Below are positions 61,050 to 64,000 of a stretch of 64,000 nucleotides of DNA, piece after piece. The translations under genes were made by a program, and so were the position numbers. The DNA lies in assembly GCF_018350175.1 (NCBI RefSeq), contig NC_058368.1, forward strand, positions 236,904,001 to 236,968,000, given 5' to 3'. Below the pieces are notes generated by a model. The model did not search any database. It had not been told where the DNA came from and saw only the letters and a program-made list of their open reading frames with translations. Origin of the DNA: Felis catus (Eukaryota). How positions within the stretch are numbered: position 1 is the stretch's first letter; the number at the start of each line of letters is the position of its first letter.

Positions 61050-61670
61050 GTGACTCCACAAATCACTCAAAGACCAGAACAGGATAAAGTGAGGTTGATG
61101 AGATTGTAACTGGAAACTCTGACAGGTTCCAATGGAATAGCACCTTCAAGAAAAACCAGCAGCCGCGGTGGAGGTCGGGACGATTCTCGGGGGGTCTCTC
61201 CAGCGGTGGTGGCTGAGGGGCGCCCACAGAGAGAGGCAGAGCAGGGTCCCAGCATTGCAGCAGAGAGCCAGGTTTCTGTGGTGGGGGACAGAGGGCTGCC
61301 ATCCCAGGTCCACAGCCCCCAGATTCTGTCCAAACCCCTGGAAACAAGTGGAGATGTGTCTGCCCCAGTCCACATGCTCCTGAGAGCCAGACCACCATTA
61401 GCAACTTCTTCCTTCTGAAAGTCAGACAACTGGGAAGAGCCTGACTCCAATAAACTCATCTCTGAATGCCAGCCAAGTAGAGGAACCCCTTGCTGTAGCC
61501 TCTGCCAGTCTGCCAGCCCCCAAGTCCCACTCTATGAAGACATCAGTCTGCTGTGCTTGGGGGACCTGTGTCTGAGGGCATTCATCTCCCCTGCCTCTGT
61601 AAGTAATAAATCTAGCTTTCTGTTCCTTGACAGTGAGGACTGGGGCAGGACTGACTCTGATTCTCTCACA
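61050..61670 (+). mobile_element. Possible ancient LTR remnant
   Basis: LTR-like 3' part (ctcccctgcctctgtaagtaataaatct...tctcaca). Family not recognised. Confidence 0.3.
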
Positions 61671-62137
61671 GACAAGAACTGCTGTGCATCTGTGAACAAA
61701 GGGGTTGAGAAGACAAGAAGCCAGAAATCAGAAGCATGAGATGATGATTATAATAAACCTCCCGTCACTGAAGTGTGCCCTATGTCGAGTCCCGGCATGA
61801 AACTGAACGGCTATTTCTTGTAACTCTATGAGGAAACTGAAATGCCTTGAATGTGCGTTTATATAAACTTTAATTATGAAGTCCTGAAAAACAATGCATG
61901 ATGTTTCTTATTTCCCATACTAACGTAAAAGCCAATAGATTAATTACTATGCTAAATTTCAATTTGGCTTTGAGTAAATTTTGGTTATTTATTCATTCAT
62001 TACAAAATAAAGATGGAATTTATACTTCTCTCTTCAACGACTAGGCATGGCCCTCGCTAGTTCCTTGGATATTTTAAACAATCTTCAGTGTGTATTTTGT
62101 GCTGTGTTCTAACTGTAGTTTCAGTGGGCTTACTTCT

Positions 62138-62357
62138 GGGGCGTCTGGGGGCTCAGTCAGTTAAGCATCCAGTTCTTGGTTTTGGCTCAGGTCATGATCT
62201 CACGGTTCATGGGTTTGAGCCCCACGTCGGGCTCTGTGCTGACAGCTCAGAGCCTTGAGCCTGCTCCCAATTCTGTTTCTCCCTCTATCTCTGCCCCCCA
62301 CCAACTTGTTCTCTCTCTCTCTCTCTCTCTCAAAAATAAACATTAAAAAAAAGAAAA
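62138..62357 (+). mobile_element. Can-SINE abutting an L1, no TSD evident
   Basis: Full sense body with AATAAA and A tail running directly into L1 ORF2 sequence. Confidence 0.93.
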
Positions 62358-62960
62358 TCTAATTTAAAGAGCTTCTGCACAGCAAAGGAAACAATCAATG
62401 AATTGAAAAGGCAACTTGCACAATGGGAGAAAAGATCCCCAGACCATATATTTGATAGAGGATTAAAAGCCAAAATATATGAAAACTCATGATGCTCAGG
62501 AGTGAAAAAGCAATAATCCAGTTAAAAGTGTGCAGAGAACCTGTATAGACATTTTACCAAAGACAACATACGAATGGCCAATAGATGTATGAAAGGATGC
62601 TCAACATCACTCATCTTCAGGAAAATACACATCAAAACCACAGTGAGATACCACCTCCTACCTGTTAGGATGGCTATTATGAAAAAGACAAGAGATAAGA
62701 AATGTTGAGTACGTGCAGCAAAGGGAACCCTTTGCACTGTCGGTAAGAATGTAAAATGGTGCAGCCATTACGAAAAACAATATGGCGGTTCCTCAAAAAA
62801 ACTAAAAAGTAAATTACTATATGATCCAGAAATCACATTTCTGGGTACATATCCAGAAGAATTAATATGAGGATCTTGAAGAGATATCTTCACCTCCCTC
62901 CCCCCCACCATGTTCATTGCGCTATTATTCACCATAGCCAAGACACGGATACAACCTAAG

Positions 62961-63001
<41 letters not shown>

Positions 63002-63092
63002 GAATGTTATTCAGCCATGAGAAAAAAGGAAATCCTACCATTTGCAACAACAGGGATGGACCTTGAGGGCATCATGTTAAGTGAAATAAATT

Positions 63093-63129
<37 letters not shown>

Positions 63130-63536
63130 CCAATACTGTATGACCTCATATATGTGTGGAATCTAAAAAACCAAACTCATAGAAACAGAGGGTCAGGATG
63201 GGGGCTTTCAGGGGCTGGGGTGGGGTGGGAATTGGAGAGATGTTGTTTGGGGGGACAAATTTGTAATTAGCAGATACATAAATTCAGGAAATCTAAAGCA
63301 GAGCATAGTGAATATAGTCAACAATACTATATTATAAACTTCAAAGTTGCTAAGAAACTAGATCTTAATCTTAACTAGATCAAAAAATAAGTGATAATTA
63401 TGGGATGTGATGGAGGTGTCAGCTGACAGTAAGGTGGGGATCATGTTGCAATACGTACATGCATCAAACCAATACAGTATACACCCTAAATGTGCACAAT
63501 GTTTTGTGTCAATTCTCTCTCAACCCCAAAATAAAA
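62358..63536 (+). mobile_element. L1MA-like 3' fragment (ORF2 end + 3'UTR)
   Basis: Plus strand translates to LKSFCTAKETINELKRQLAQWEK (L1 ORF2). 3'UTR aaagttgctaaga..tgtcaatt..ctcaa. Embedded (CA)n and (GA)n. Confidence 0.92.
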
Positions 63537-64000
63537 TGCATTCAGATGTAGCTCATACACGAAATAATGTGTGAAAAAAACCATATATGTTGAACTTTAA
63601 AGCCCCAGGTAAAGGATCTTACAGATCCATGCAGCCAAACCCAGGCTCGAAAGATGCTCCTGGTACCTGGCTAATCCTTTCCCAAGGATTGCTCCGTAAA
63701 GATCCCTGACTTCATCCATTCACCACAGCTCTTGGGAGACGGGACTCTTGCTTATTTACTGGAAGAAAAGAGCATTCTTCTCAGTATGTAAATATTACTG
63801 GAGTTAAGGCGTGTACACGGTGCTTATGGGTTGTCACAGAGCGGTCCTCTCGATTCAAAGACTTACATTTTGCCAGCTCCCAATACTGATGGTGACAGCA
63901 TCTGGAATCTGGTTTCGATGATGGCAGATACGTATGTAAATGGAAATATATGTTTCACGGCTCTAAGGGCGACGGGACATCCACAATGATGTGCACTCTC

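Noticed and set aside
9255..62357. tRNA genes suggested by A/B-box sequences
   Set aside because: All belong to tRNA-derived Can-SINE heads with (CT)n and poly(A) tails.

Overview
This is mammalian genomic DNA from a felid. The evidence is 19 tRNA-derived Can-SINEs of feliform (SINEC_Fc-like) type, including a young Felinae-type copy at 34869, plus carnivore/felid L1 3' ends. I find no credible protein-coding exon, structural RNA gene or CRISPR array. The listed ORFs are SINE, L1 or microsatellite translations, or chance ORFs in GC-rich DNA. The first ~7 kb is essentially transposon-free and CpG-rich, with AT-rich blocks dense in GATA and homeodomain motifs. This layout is typical of the flank of a developmental regulator gene, but I cannot name the gene from sequence alone. 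A second CpG-rich domain with no visible gene lies at ~20.0-23.8 kb. The intervals 14.4-19 kb and 31.9-40.7 kb are nests of old L1s with younger SINE/L1 insertions. The most notable unexplained structures are: (i) a strictly periodic but highly degenerate 26-27 bp tandem array running off the left edge (1-293); (ii) an ungapped 35-bp-arm inverted repeat in unique DNA (51506-51596); (iii) an apparent L1 3' transduction (26674-27320); (iv) a triplicated L1 target site (33833-34260); (v) a fold-back plus duplication scar inside an L1 (14961-15093); and (vi) a phased POU/SOX motif cluster (58928-58995). Repeat subfamily names come from recalled consensus features, not from a database search.
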